A stretch of 64,000 bases of DNA, taken from NCBI GenBank assembly GCA_000998025.1, contig LCJG01000002.1, positions 891-64,890 of the forward strand, written 5' to 3'. How positions within the stretch are numbered: the first letter of the stretch is position 1; each line of letters begins with the position of its first letter. This DNA is from Candidatus Collierbacteria bacterium GW2011_GWB1_44_6 (GTDB lineage: Bacteria; Patescibacteriota; Microgenomatia; UBA1400; MFAQ01). A model generated the notes under the pieces. It had not been told where the DNA came from. It ran no database searches and saw only the letters and a list, made by a program, of their open reading frames with translations. The position numbers were made by a program, and so were the translations under genes. Positions 55,555 to 64,000 of the stretch are shown here, in pieces.

Positions 55555-57263
55555 TTCTTAAAATCGAAGACTTCCATTATTATCTCACCAGTAGGCGTTA
55601 GAACCTGATAGATTGTATGCCTATCGGTAGGTAAGGGGGCAATTTTTTGGGCAATATACAAAGTGTGTTCGTTCCTATCTTCCTGCCAGTCTAGAGTCTC
55701 AAAAATGTACTTGTCGCCGAGTCGGTAATGGTCCATCTGGTCCAGATAAGAGATGGGCCTTTTCTTTATCTTTATGTCCCAGGTTTGGGTAGCTAACTGA
55801 AACTGTTCAGGGGGAGTATGCTGATAAAAAGCGACATAGACCTGAGACTGGGTGCCCTTTTCAACTAGGACGGCTTGATAATTTCCCTCTATTTCCGAGA
55901 CTACCTTCATGGCATCTCTCCATCCATATGAAATTGCTTTGGGAAAAGTCACTCTAGAATTAAAATAATAGTCTTCCAGATAAAAAATAGTCAAAACTAG
56001 AGCGAAGATAATAAAGGTTGTCAAAATTAATTTGCGGAATTTAAATTTTATTTCGAGAAGGTTTACAGCTCCAAAGGCAGCGATAATTTCCCAGACAACC
56101 AAAAAGGAACCGGCCCTATTTGGACGATAACCTTCTTTGGTAAGGGCGGCGGGGATGGCTGCCAATAGGAGCCAGAGAATTAGTGGACGGGCGTCAAAAT
56201 CTTGGTTGTCTTTCTTCCGTATTAATAAAAATAAACCGTACAATACCAAGGGAAGCATCCAAAAGTATAAAAGTCCCCTTCCGGGAATAACTGAATAAGT
56301 GATTTCCCTACCTCCCTCTGTGAACCAAAAGGGTAGTGAGAAATAACTGAGATAGTTTTCGGCAAACTGAGAAGTGACTGTAAATATTTTCCGGTGAAAG
56401 AGCCTGGGGATTTTGGGGTGAACTTTGGAGAGAGGCGAGTAAAAGGACTGGTCATCTATCTGTTTGAGATTGACAGTGTCCAGGTTGGTAATCAGGAGAT
56501 CCCCTCCCCTTTTGGCCGAGTTTCCGAATACCATATCTAATCCGAGTGGGCTGATCAGAATAACGACGAGCATGATGGAGGGAATGAGGGGACGGAGCCC
56601 TCGATCAAAAATTTGTTTTCGATAGATATAAACCATGGAAATGGCGAAAAGCGGGACAAAAACTTTGGTGGAGTGATAGGCGTAGAGACTAAAGCCCCAA
56701 AGGAGACTGGCGTAGACAAACTGGCGGTGGTCCCTCAGACCTTGCAAAAAGAAGTAGAGGCCAAGGGGAAAAAGAAAGGAGGTGAGGTTTACTTCCAGAG
56801 CAGTCCGGGAAAATTGGATATGCCAAGGGGAGAGGGCGAGGAAGAGAGCGGCGTAAAGCGGAAGGTTATTGAATGGATTCCCGATCAGGTCGGGAATGAC
56901 ACGTTTTTTGGAAACGTGTGGGATTCGGGGGAAAAGTTCGGAGGCAAGGAGAAAGACGGCAAGGATGGCTAGAGTACCAAAAATGGCGCTGGGAAGACGG
57001 GCGGCAAATTCATTGAGCCCAAAAAGTGCAATGCTTGGCATCATCAAATACGTTTGAAGAGGGGCTTTGTAATCCAAGAAGGACTTGAAAGAAACAATCG
57101 GCCAGGCAATTCCCCACTCATCTTTTCCTGTTTGAAGGAGACTGTAGGCGGTGTAGGCTTGGCTGGCTTCGTCGGGAGAGAAACCTGCAGGAATTGAACC
57201 TAGAAAGATTAAGCGGATCGATAGTCCGAGAAGAAGGATCAAAGCCAGAAGTTTTAACTTCAT
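55551..57263 (-). CDS. ArnT/GT39-like glycosyltransferase paralog
   Basis: PDEASQAYTAYSL..TGKDE, SFLDYKAP, RLPSA and PWHIQFSR motifs. Confidence 0.9.
   Translation of the reverse strand: MKLKLLALILLLGLSIRLIFLGSIPAGFSPDEASQAYTAYSLLQTGKDEWGIAWPIVSFKSFLDYKAPLQTYLMMPSIALFGLNEFAARLPSAIFGTLAILAVFLLASELFPRIPHVSKKRVIPDLIGNPFNNLPLYAALFLALSPWHIQFSRTALEVNLTSFLFPLGLYFFLQGLRDHRQFVYASLLWGFSLYAYHSTKVFVPLFAISMVYIYRKQIFDRGLRPLIPSIMLVVILISPLGLDMVFGNSAKRGGDLLITNLDTVNLKQIDDQSFYSPLSKVHPKIPRLFHRKIFTVTSQFAENYLSYFSLPFWFTEGGREITYSVIPGRGLLYFWMLPLVLYGLFLLIRKKDNQDFDARPLILWLLLAAIPAALTKEGYRPNRAGSFLVVWEIIAAFGAVNLLEIKFKFRKLILTTFIIFALVLTIFYLEDYYFNSRVTFPKAISYGWRDAMKVVSEIEGNYQAVLVEKGTQSQVYVAFYQHTPPEQFQLATQTWDIKIKKRPISYLDQMDHYRLGDKYIFETLDWQEDRNEHTLYIAQKIAPLPTDRHTIYQVLTPTGEIIMEVFDFKK
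56874..56919 (-). repeat. In-frame palindromic element (VIPDLIGNP) with an adjoining second hairpin
   Basis: tggATTCCCGA-tcagg-TCGGGAATgaca at 56874-56901 and ACACGTTT-tttgg-AAACGTGT at 56899-56919. Confidence 0.88.
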
Positions 57264-57269
57264 GAGTAT

Positions 57270-57303
57270 ATTATACTAATCTCCGGTGTGACAATGTTAA
57301 ACT
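57270..57303. promoter_or_regulatory. Divergent pair of -10 boxes, each 6 nt before an ATG
   Basis: Minus-strand TATAAT 57270-57275 before ATG 57263; plus-strand TGtTAAACT (hexamer 57298-57303) before ATG 57310. Confidence 0.65.
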
Positions 57304-57309
57304 TGAGTC

Positions 57310-57798
57310 ATGGAACTGAGTTGGGAGGAGACCAGAAAATTTATATCTAAATATCTGTTGATATATTTTGGTTTGGCCCTCGTTTTATTTTTTGTCTTGC
57401 GGTGGTATAAGACCGCAAATTTTTCTCAGGATACTCTGGAAACGATGTTGACGACCGTCTCGGTCTTAAGAGATAAAACTGATGATCCTTGTAAGTATGC
57501 TATTCTCGGGGAGCCGACGACGGCACAGGCAAACTATGTCAAGGTCAATATATATTGCGGTAGAACAAAATCTTTGAATTCAATGGACCTGCGGGCTATC
57601 AAAGAAAAAACGGTGGGTGGTGCATTGACAGAACTGGCCAGAATAAATGGCTATACCGGAAACCGCAACAACTGGATATGCAAATTAAACAGAAAGCCTT
57701 TCGTGAGCTTTGAGGAGAAATTGGAATCGAAGGCGACGGTTGATTGTTTCCTGGGACTTTCCGAAAAAGAAATCGCCAAATATTATGAAACTATTTAA
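57310..57798 (+). CDS. Hypothetical membrane-anchored protein with a small Cys-containing extracellular domain
   Basis: One N-terminal TM helix, four Cys, overlaps the next gene. Confidence 0.7.
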   Translation: MELSWEETRKFISKYLLIYFGLALVLFFVLRWYKTANFSQDTLETMLTTVSVLRDKTDDPCKYAILGEPTTAQANYVKVNIYCGRTKSLNSMDLRAIKEKTVGGALTELARINGYTGNRNNWICKLNRKPFVSFEEKLESKATVDCFLGLSEKEIAKYYETI

Positions 57799-59200
57799 AC
57801 GGATAGCTTTACCTGTATTGGCCGTTATCTTGATTATGGCTCTGGGCTATAAACTGAGACTTTCGGGATTCAATAGCATCCCCTTCCCCGGTGAATCACT
57901 GGATGAATATAGCAACGCCTGGGTGGGGCTAAGTATGATCCGGCTCGGGGTGCCGGTGGGGATGTCAGGACTTCCGGGGTACCCTGTCCAAGATAGTCGA
58001 TATATTAATGTTGACAGAGTTTTCCAAACAACAGCAAACGGCAATACCATGCAGATGAGTTACCCTTGGTTTGACCACCCTCCAATGATGGGACTAATAA
58101 CCGGTGGCTTTAGCTACTTCAAGGGGGCGAGAGTGTTCGAAGACACGACTGCCGTGACAATCAGAAAACCGGTGATTTTGATGTCGACCCTCACCATTGG
58201 ACTTGCTGCTTATTTAGCGTATCTACTTTTTGGTTGGGAAACGGCGATCGCTGCTGCCACGATAATCGCCACTTCTCCCCTGATGGTAATAAATAGCCGC
58301 ATGGTACAAGCGGAGAATGGCTTAACCCCTTTGTTTTTGCTGTCTTTGATCTTACTCTGGTGGTATGAGAAAAAAGGAGGTTACACTTTTCTCACACTGC
58401 TCTCGATGACAATAGGTCTGGCAATGCTTTTTAAGCTTTCGGCTGTCGCCCTACTCTTCTGTGCTCTGGCACTTATTTTTGCCAATGTCAAGAAAAATTC
58501 TGCGACCAGATGGCAGGAGGGCTTGATAGTTTCGGTAATTGCCTTATCCGTCTTCGGAATATTTGTAATATCGGCTTTAGCTTGGGACTTCTCCACCTTC
58601 GTTAAAGTATTTTTGGCAAATTCTGGTAGAGCATACGGCATCGGGCTAAGTGCTCTTTTTGATCTGATTACCAATACGAAAATTACAGCGGTAAAATTCC
58701 TGACTGATGGCTGGCCTCTCACAGGATGGCTGGGACTTGCCATATTGACCAGGATGGATCTGAGGAACAAGGCTTGGTATCTTTGGCTACCGATCTTCTC
58801 GTATTTGGCCGTTTATTTGTTCTTTGGCAGTGAGCCTTTTGGCTGGTACCGGATTCCATTTTTGCCGTTTTTACTAATCGTCTCGGGATGGCTGACCACC
58901 GCCTTTATACGGAATATGCATCTTACAGCAGTCTCGGTCGTGACCCTTCTGATTCCACTCGGTATCAATCTGGAAAAATATTTTGACGTACACAAATTGA
59001 TTTGGCTTATTCCGGCGTGGAGGCTCAGCTGCTTGGCCTTAATCATAGGTGCTTTATCCCTACTTATGACCGACCAAGCAAATCCGAAAGTAAAATGGGC
59101 TGTCTACGCAACCATGTTTGTTCTTTTTTCTCTGGTCATATATTCGAATATACTTCGTGCAGGTATGTTTACCGTGGACTACTGGTATAAAGTAAACTAG
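57785..59200 (+). CDS. GT39/ArnT-like GT-C membrane glycosyltransferase
   Basis: SLDEY..AW.G, WFDHPP, SRMVQAEN and GWYRIPF motifs. ATG 57785 preferred as start. Confidence 0.82.
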   Translation: MKLFKRIALPVLAVILIMALGYKLRLSGFNSIPFPGESLDEYSNAWVGLSMIRLGVPVGMSGLPGYPVQDSRYINVDRVFQTTANGNTMQMSYPWFDHPPMMGLITGGFSYFKGARVFEDTTAVTIRKPVILMSTLTIGLAAYLAYLLFGWETAIAAATIIATSPLMVINSRMVQAENGLTPLFLLSLILLWWYEKKGGYTFLTLLSMTIGLAMLFKLSAVALLFCALALIFANVKKNSATRWQEGLIVSVIALSVFGIFVISALAWDFSTFVKVFLANSGRAYGIGLSALFDLITNTKITAVKFLTDGWPLTGWLGLAILTRMDLRNKAWYLWLPIFSYLAVYLFFGSEPFGWYRIPFLPFLLIVSGWLTTAFIRNMHLTAVSVVTLLIPLGINLEKYFDVHKLIWLIPAWRLSCLALIIGALSLLMTDQANPKVKWAVYATMFVLFSLVIYSNILRAGMFTVDYWYKVN

Positions 59201-60858
59201 TTTTTCGGAGGTAAAGTACCCGACATCAGGTAGAACAGGGGCTGGCCAAAAATGTTTTTTTGAGAAGCGAGAACAGTCGTGTTGTCCAGCGGATTTTTGC
59301 TCCAGTCCCAATCGCCTTGGCCTTCTCTACCCTGCACTGCCAGATAAACCATTCGGTCATTCATCAATAGTTTTAGTTCATCCAAATTGGGAGCTTCCCC
59401 AAAAAAGTATTTTTGGTCAAAGACAAATCCATGGAAAGAATTGGTTTGATAAGTGTCGACTTTGTCGGTTACAAAGTTTTTTTGAAAATCTTGTGGGGGG
59501 TACTGAGTATAGAAAAGAAAGAGCAGCAAAGAAGGTTGGTAAGTATTGTTGATATAGACTTTGTCGAAATTTGGTGCCAGTGCCTTTAGATCGGTAAAGA
59601 TATTTTTGAAACCATAGTGCCACAGTGACGCTGACTCATATTTGTAATGAGAAGAATAACGATGCCAGAAGCTAGTGAAAAAAAGTCCCAGAAAAACAAT
59701 AAACAGAATAATTGTTGGTCGGATAAATTTTTTACCAAATAGACTAAATAGATAGGTACCCCCTAGGGCGGAAATTAAGATAAGTGGAGGGACCATGAGG
59801 AAGAGTCTGGTGGCATGGGTGCCTCCGCCTGTGGTGAGACAGCTTGGGATGGGAGAAAGTAATAACCAGAAAAGGAGTAGTTTTGAGTTTTTCTGTGAAA
59901 AATTCTTGAAAATAAAATAGAGTCCGGCAAGGAACAGGGGCAGTGTGGGCAACAGTAGCTCCCCTACTTTGGAGATGGAGTGGCGGAAAAATGGGTCTCC
60001 GTTCACAAATAAGAATTGGGGTGAAAATGAGGTCAAGTAATTATCAAAAAATGCGGTCGCTATGGCCAAATATTTGTTGTGAAACAACACCTCAAAGAAA
60101 GTCTTTTGGACCCATGGATCAGTTCTTTGAAGAATAACAGATTCAATAAGCTTGAGGTCGCTAAAGATGCTTATCAAACCAAACCTGCCACCAGCCTGGC
60201 CGAAGAAAATATTGTAAACAATAGGGAGAGCGAGAAGTGAAGGCAAAAAGAGACGAGGCCAGTTTTTCCCGAGGGATAATTTTGGCCTTTCGATAAGGAG
60301 AAGGGCGAGAACAAATAACGGTGTAAAGACTACCGCGGTTGAGTAAGCATAAAAAGTGAGAAAGAAAGGGATGAGGCTGGCGAAATATTTGCCTTTTAAA
60401 AAAAGATACGTGCCCAGCATGGTAAGAAAAGTCAAAGGAACTACCTCGAAGGCAGCCCGGGAAAAGTGAATGTGCCAAGGAGTGATGGCCAGAAGTAAAG
60501 TGGATATCAGGGCGGTCGTTTTGTTCTTGAACAGAGTATTCCCCAGTAGATATATCAAGTAGATACTGAGTGAGCCGATGAGAGCAACCGGCAGCCGGAT
60601 AGCCAGGTCGGTGGTGCCAAACAGACCGACGAAAGGAGCGGTGAGATACATGAGTAGTGGCGCGCGCCACTCAGCCAGGCTTTGGATATAAGTAGGTAGA
60701 AGGTGCCCCATGTAGTCCCGTCCAGTGGATATAAGTGACCAGGCTTGGTAACCAACATCAATTTCGTCCCCAAAGAGGGCAATCGGCAAAGAAGTTAGCT
60801 GAGTAAACCGGAAGAAAGTGCCTAGAGCTATGATGAGGACGAGAAATACTTCGATCAT
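59197..60858 (-). CDS. ArnT/GT39-like glycosyltransferase paralog
   Basis: GDEIDVGYQAWSL..TGRDY, RLP, PWHIHFSRAAFE and WHYG motifs. Confidence 0.9.
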   Translation of the reverse strand: MIEVFLVLIIALGTFFRFTQLTSLPIALFGDEIDVGYQAWSLISTGRDYMGHLLPTYIQSLAEWRAPLLMYLTAPFVGLFGTTDLAIRLPVALIGSLSIYLIYLLGNTLFKNKTTALISTLLLAITPWHIHFSRAAFEVVPLTFLTMLGTYLFLKGKYFASLIPFFLTFYAYSTAVVFTPLFVLALLLIERPKLSLGKNWPRLFLPSLLALPIVYNIFFGQAGGRFGLISIFSDLKLIESVILQRTDPWVQKTFFEVLFHNKYLAIATAFFDNYLTSFSPQFLFVNGDPFFRHSISKVGELLLPTLPLFLAGLYFIFKNFSQKNSKLLLFWLLLSPIPSCLTTGGGTHATRLFLMVPPLILISALGGTYLFSLFGKKFIRPTIILFIVFLGLFFTSFWHRYSSHYKYESASLWHYGFKNIFTDLKALAPNFDKVYINNTYQPSLLLFLFYTQYPPQDFQKNFVTDKVDTYQTNSFHGFVFDQKYFFGEAPNLDELKLLMNDRMVYLAVQGREGQGDWDWSKNPLDNTTVLASQKNIFGQPLFYLMSGTLPPKN

Positions 60859-62354
60859 AGATCAATTATATTCTCCTCTTCATTCAGGAAAAAATAATAA
60901 CCGTGAATTGAATTGCCGATGGTTTTCATTTTGGGTTGGTGCTCCAACTTGGCCATGAGGATACTGCCAACCGGAAGAGAGTCTCCCGGCTGCCACCGCA
61001 GTATGACTTGATCAAAATAAGCTGCTTCCAAAAAATTACCGGTTTCCCCGTCTGCCTTTCTGGAACTGACTTCGATGTATGGGGTCAATGAATTTTTTGC
61101 TGACACTTGAGAGAGGTACTTGTAAGCATCTTCCACGGAGTTGGCAGGTAAAAAGTGTTCCGAAACAAATTTGGGATAGGTATACCAGTAGTAGTTGACA
61201 AAATCAAAATAATTAATGGCAAACATAATAATCGTAGATACAATTAGTACACCATGGAGGAGCTTATTCCTTATTTCCCAGAGTGAAAGGAGACCTAGGG
61301 TAGTGATGGCTACGAAGGGCGGAATAAATGCCATTAGACGGGAGGCGCGATGAACACTGTTTACAAAACCAAAAAGTAAAGGTGTTGCCAGAAAAACGGC
61401 AATGAAAAATGTCCAAAAGCCTCTTTTTTGGACGGCTCGATATAATCCAATGAGAAAAAAAGGTAAGGTTGAAAGCAATAGCATGCCGTGGACACCAGTG
61501 GAGTGATAGACGGTCTCGTCTCCTCTGATAAACAAGAAGGAAGGATCAAAACTAGAGAGATATGGATAGAGAAAATCGTAAACCGAGGTCCACTTAAAAC
61601 CCTGGGAATTAAAAACAGCCCCGGGATATTTTTGTTCTAATAAAGGAATTATGGCAAAAAAGGGTAGTACTCCTAGACAAAAGAAAAGCGTTCTTTTGAA
61701 GAATATCTGAAGGTCTTTTTTGGTATACCGGCCGTGAAGTCCGCGGAACAAGTAGACAGTTGTCAATAGACACCAAATCGGAACTGTCGCTCTCATGGCT
61801 TTGTAGGTGTAGAAATTTATTCCCAAGGAGATGCCAGCCAGGACCAAGTACTTGAGACTCTTGGTCTTGGAGAAGTACCAGAGAAATATCAGCCAGAGTA
61901 GAGTGAAAGGTACCGGAAAAATATTGTCGAGGGCCATATGAGTCTGGATCATGACGAGAGGAGTGGTTAAGAAGACTAAAGAGCCAATAAGACCAGCTTT
62001 TTTGTCCAAGACTTTTGATAACCAAAAATACGTTAAATAGGCACTTGTCAGTAAAACTGCTACTGTGGAAAGTCGAAGCGAGAGAAGTGAAGGACTGAAG
62101 AGTTTGAAGATAGCAGTGAGATAGTACTGGGAGACAGGCTGTCTCCAATCCCCACCATTTATGGAGAGGACAAAAACCGGCATGAAACGGCCATTCTGAT
62201 CATGGGCAGTTTCTGCCAGCAGGACAGCGTTGTAGCCAAAGGCGGCTTCATCAACCGTAATGCCAGGAGGGGTTTCCAAAATCCTGTAGGAAAAGAATAG
62301 GCCGGTGATAAATAGAGCCAAGACAACTAAAATTACGGAAAGGTATTTATTCAT
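60855..62354 (-). CDS. ArnT/GT39-like glycosyltransferase paralog
   Basis: VDEAAFGYNA, GDWRQP and FLFIRGD motifs. Confidence 0.85.
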   Translation of the reverse strand: MNKYLSVILVVLALFITGLFFSYRILETPPGITVDEAAFGYNAVLLAETAHDQNGRFMPVFVLSINGGDWRQPVSQYYLTAIFKLFSPSLLSLRLSTVAVLLTSAYLTYFWLSKVLDKKAGLIGSLVFLTTPLVMIQTHMALDNIFPVPFTLLWLIFLWYFSKTKSLKYLVLAGISLGINFYTYKAMRATVPIWCLLTTVYLFRGLHGRYTKKDLQIFFKRTLFFCLGVLPFFAIIPLLEQKYPGAVFNSQGFKWTSVYDFLYPYLSSFDPSFLFIRGDETVYHSTGVHGMLLLSTLPFFLIGLYRAVQKRGFWTFFIAVFLATPLLFGFVNSVHRASRLMAFIPPFVAITTLGLLSLWEIRNKLLHGVLIVSTIIMFAINYFDFVNYYWYTYPKFVSEHFLPANSVEDAYKYLSQVSAKNSLTPYIEVSSRKADGETGNFLEAAYFDQVILRWQPGDSLPVGSILMAKLEHQPKMKTIGNSIHGYYFFLNEEENIIDL

Positions 62355-63494
62355 TTAAATAAAGGGGATTTTTAATGTAAGAAACAGATTTAGAAAGTGA
62401 TAAGTGCTTAGGGTAAAGTAACTGAGCCACCAATAAGGATTGGCGGAAAAAGACAAAAGCCCAAAGACCAGAGCAGGTGCGAGATGTCTCTCGTGCACGC
62501 GAGTCTGGAGAAAGAAAACAGCTAGAGACCATAAGAAGAGAGCCATGAAGAAATTTTTCTTTGAATACTTATTCCTCAGATAAATTAAAGTAATTAAAAG
62601 AATTGTAATTAGCAGAGCGATTGAGATTTGCCGGATGGTAAATATCCCTAGCCTGACAGAATCGGAAGTGGGTGTCGGATAGAAAAACCACCAGAAGTTG
62701 TAAGCGGCGTCCGAGACATAATCGGACGAACCCGACAAAGTAGAGAGATAGTTGGCCGCCGCAGACAAAGGATTTAAACCGAAAGGTAAATAACTAAATA
62801 CAAAAAGAGTCAAACTTGAAATAATTCCCTCAAGCCAGTCTTTGGGATTCAATTCTTTGTACCAGAGAAATATATAAAAAGGAGTGAACCACAAAGCGGT
62901 CTGTTTGGTGAGAGCAGCGAAGGCAAAAAAGAAGATTGAAAGATAGAAATGTTTCCTCTGAGCAAAATACGCGCAATATAGGGAAACGATTAAGAAGAAG
63001 GTGGTAAGAGACTCTATCTGCCCCCAGACCGAGCTGACATAGAGAATGGCCGGATTAAAGAGAAACAAGATGGTTATTAGAAGAGGTTTCCGATATTTGA
63101 GTTTTTGAAATATCTTCAAAAGAAAGATACCTATTCCCAAATCGGCAAAAATTGCGGGCAGTTTCATGAAACCCAGCTGCATGTTTTCATGTTCAAAAAG
63201 TGGGACAAAAAATGAGGGGAAGACAGGAAGCAAATGGTTGAGGTAGGAAAATAAAGAAGTAACGCTTAGATAAATAAAGCGAGAAATGGCGAAAAAATAG
63301 ATCGTTAATGAGGGATAATTAGCATCGTTGAAACCCGGAAAGTGCCGGGAATAAAAACCAACAGGGTACTGTAAAAAACTATTGGCCCAAACTAAATGGT
63401 TTTTGACATCACCGGAGTACTGTGGAAAAAGAAATATCAGTCTTAGAAGCAAGGCGGCAAAGAATATAAAGAATACAGGCTTAAGCTTTTTCAT
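62355..63494 (-). CDS. GT-C glycosyltransferase (ALG6/GT87-like)
   Basis: SGDV, NYP, KLPAIFAD, FNPA..S.VWGQIES and RVHERH motifs. Confidence 0.8.
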   Translation of the reverse strand: MKKLKPVFFIFFAALLLRLIFLFPQYSGDVKNHLVWANSFLQYPVGFYSRHFPGFNDANYPSLTIYFFAISRFIYLSVTSLFSYLNHLLPVFPSFFVPLFEHENMQLGFMKLPAIFADLGIGIFLLKIFQKLKYRKPLLITILFLFNPAILYVSSVWGQIESLTTFFLIVSLYCAYFAQRKHFYLSIFFFAFAALTKQTALWFTPFYIFLWYKELNPKDWLEGIISSLTLFVFSYLPFGLNPLSAAANYLSTLSGSSDYVSDAAYNFWWFFYPTPTSDSVRLGIFTIRQISIALLITILLITLIYLRNKYSKKNFFMALFLWSLAVFFLQTRVHERHLAPALVFGLLSFSANPYWWLSYFTLSTYHFLNLFLTLKIPFI

Positions 63495-64000
63495 GATCGC
63501 TCACGAACCTGATAAAACAAGCTATTAGACCGGCGCGAGACAGCTGAACAAGCTCTTTGAAGTAAGCCGAGGAAATAAGAGGGGGTGACAAAGAGAGTTT
63601 TGAGTGAGTGAATATTTGCATATGGAGAGTGGCGTCAAATGAAAAGAGAACTCCAAACCAAGAAGCGATGATGGCTAGGTATATAAGAGGGTCCGACTTT
63701 TCAATAGAATAAATAACCAACCAGGGCATAACCCAGACTAGCCATTGTGGATGAAAGTGGGAAAAAACAAGGGAAGAAAGCAAGGCTGTCCCGACAGCTT
63801 GAAAGAACGTAAACCGCCTTTGCCAGAGTAAAAGAACTATGAGGGTGTAAGCAATGAAGAAATAAGGGATGTCGTGGCCTGAGGCAATAGAGAATAGGCG
63901 ATGGAACCAAGGTAAGGTAAAACCCCCAGAAGATAGACACCAAGACCTGTTAGTGTCAGCAATAGAGACTCAGTAATTTTTTTGTTTGTAACAAAGTTGT
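63481..64000 (-). CDS. GT87-like membrane glycosyltransferase, 3' part only (starts beyond the window)
   Basis: FHPQWLVWVMPWL motif in a hydrophobic frame; its stop overlaps the start of the next gene. Confidence 0.65.

Noticed and set aside
38726-56919. Palindromic repeats considered as a CRISPR array or integron attC sites
   Set aside because: They are dispersed and irregularly spaced with no spacers, cas genes or integrase, and many lie inside coding frames.
50421-62354. Paralog array considered as a diversity-generating retroelement or shufflon target
   Set aside because: No reverse transcriptase or recombinase is present, and I saw no near-identical TR/VR pair; the paralogs are highly diverged.
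1-64000. Alternative genetic code (TGA as Gly/Trp)
   Set aside because: TGA terminates many full-length genes, often in ATGA overlaps, consistent with code 11.

Overview
The window is almost entirely one very large, mostly minus-strand cell-surface glycosylation locus. It holds about 18 GT-C-fold membrane glycosyltransferases (ArnT/PMT-like, PIG-V-like and ALG6/GT87-like, including a tandem paralog array), about 14 GT2/GT4 enzymes, two Wzx-type flippases and an O-antigen ligase/polymerase-like protein. It also has Gmd plus two SDR reductases, two hexapeptide acyltransferases, six class I SAM methyltransferases, an NDP-hexose C-methyltransferase, and a B12-binding radical SAM enzyme with a ferredoxin. 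A wHTH-PRTase, a Bro-N protein, a Fic protein and a HigBA-type toxin-antitoxin pair are interspersed. Gene content, overlapping start/stop codons and -10 boxes 6-7 nt before start codons suggest a Patescibacteria/CPR (Microgenomates-like) genome using genetic code 11; this is inference. The most striking unannotated structure is a set of about 10 short GTCA-tagged palindromic elements between 38.7 and 57 kb, all in the same orientation. Several are translated in frame, and three different ones sit in the same loop of three ArnT-like paralogs. I saw no rRNA, tRNA, CRISPR array, transposase or reverse transcriptase. All calls are from motif reading by eye, without database searches.
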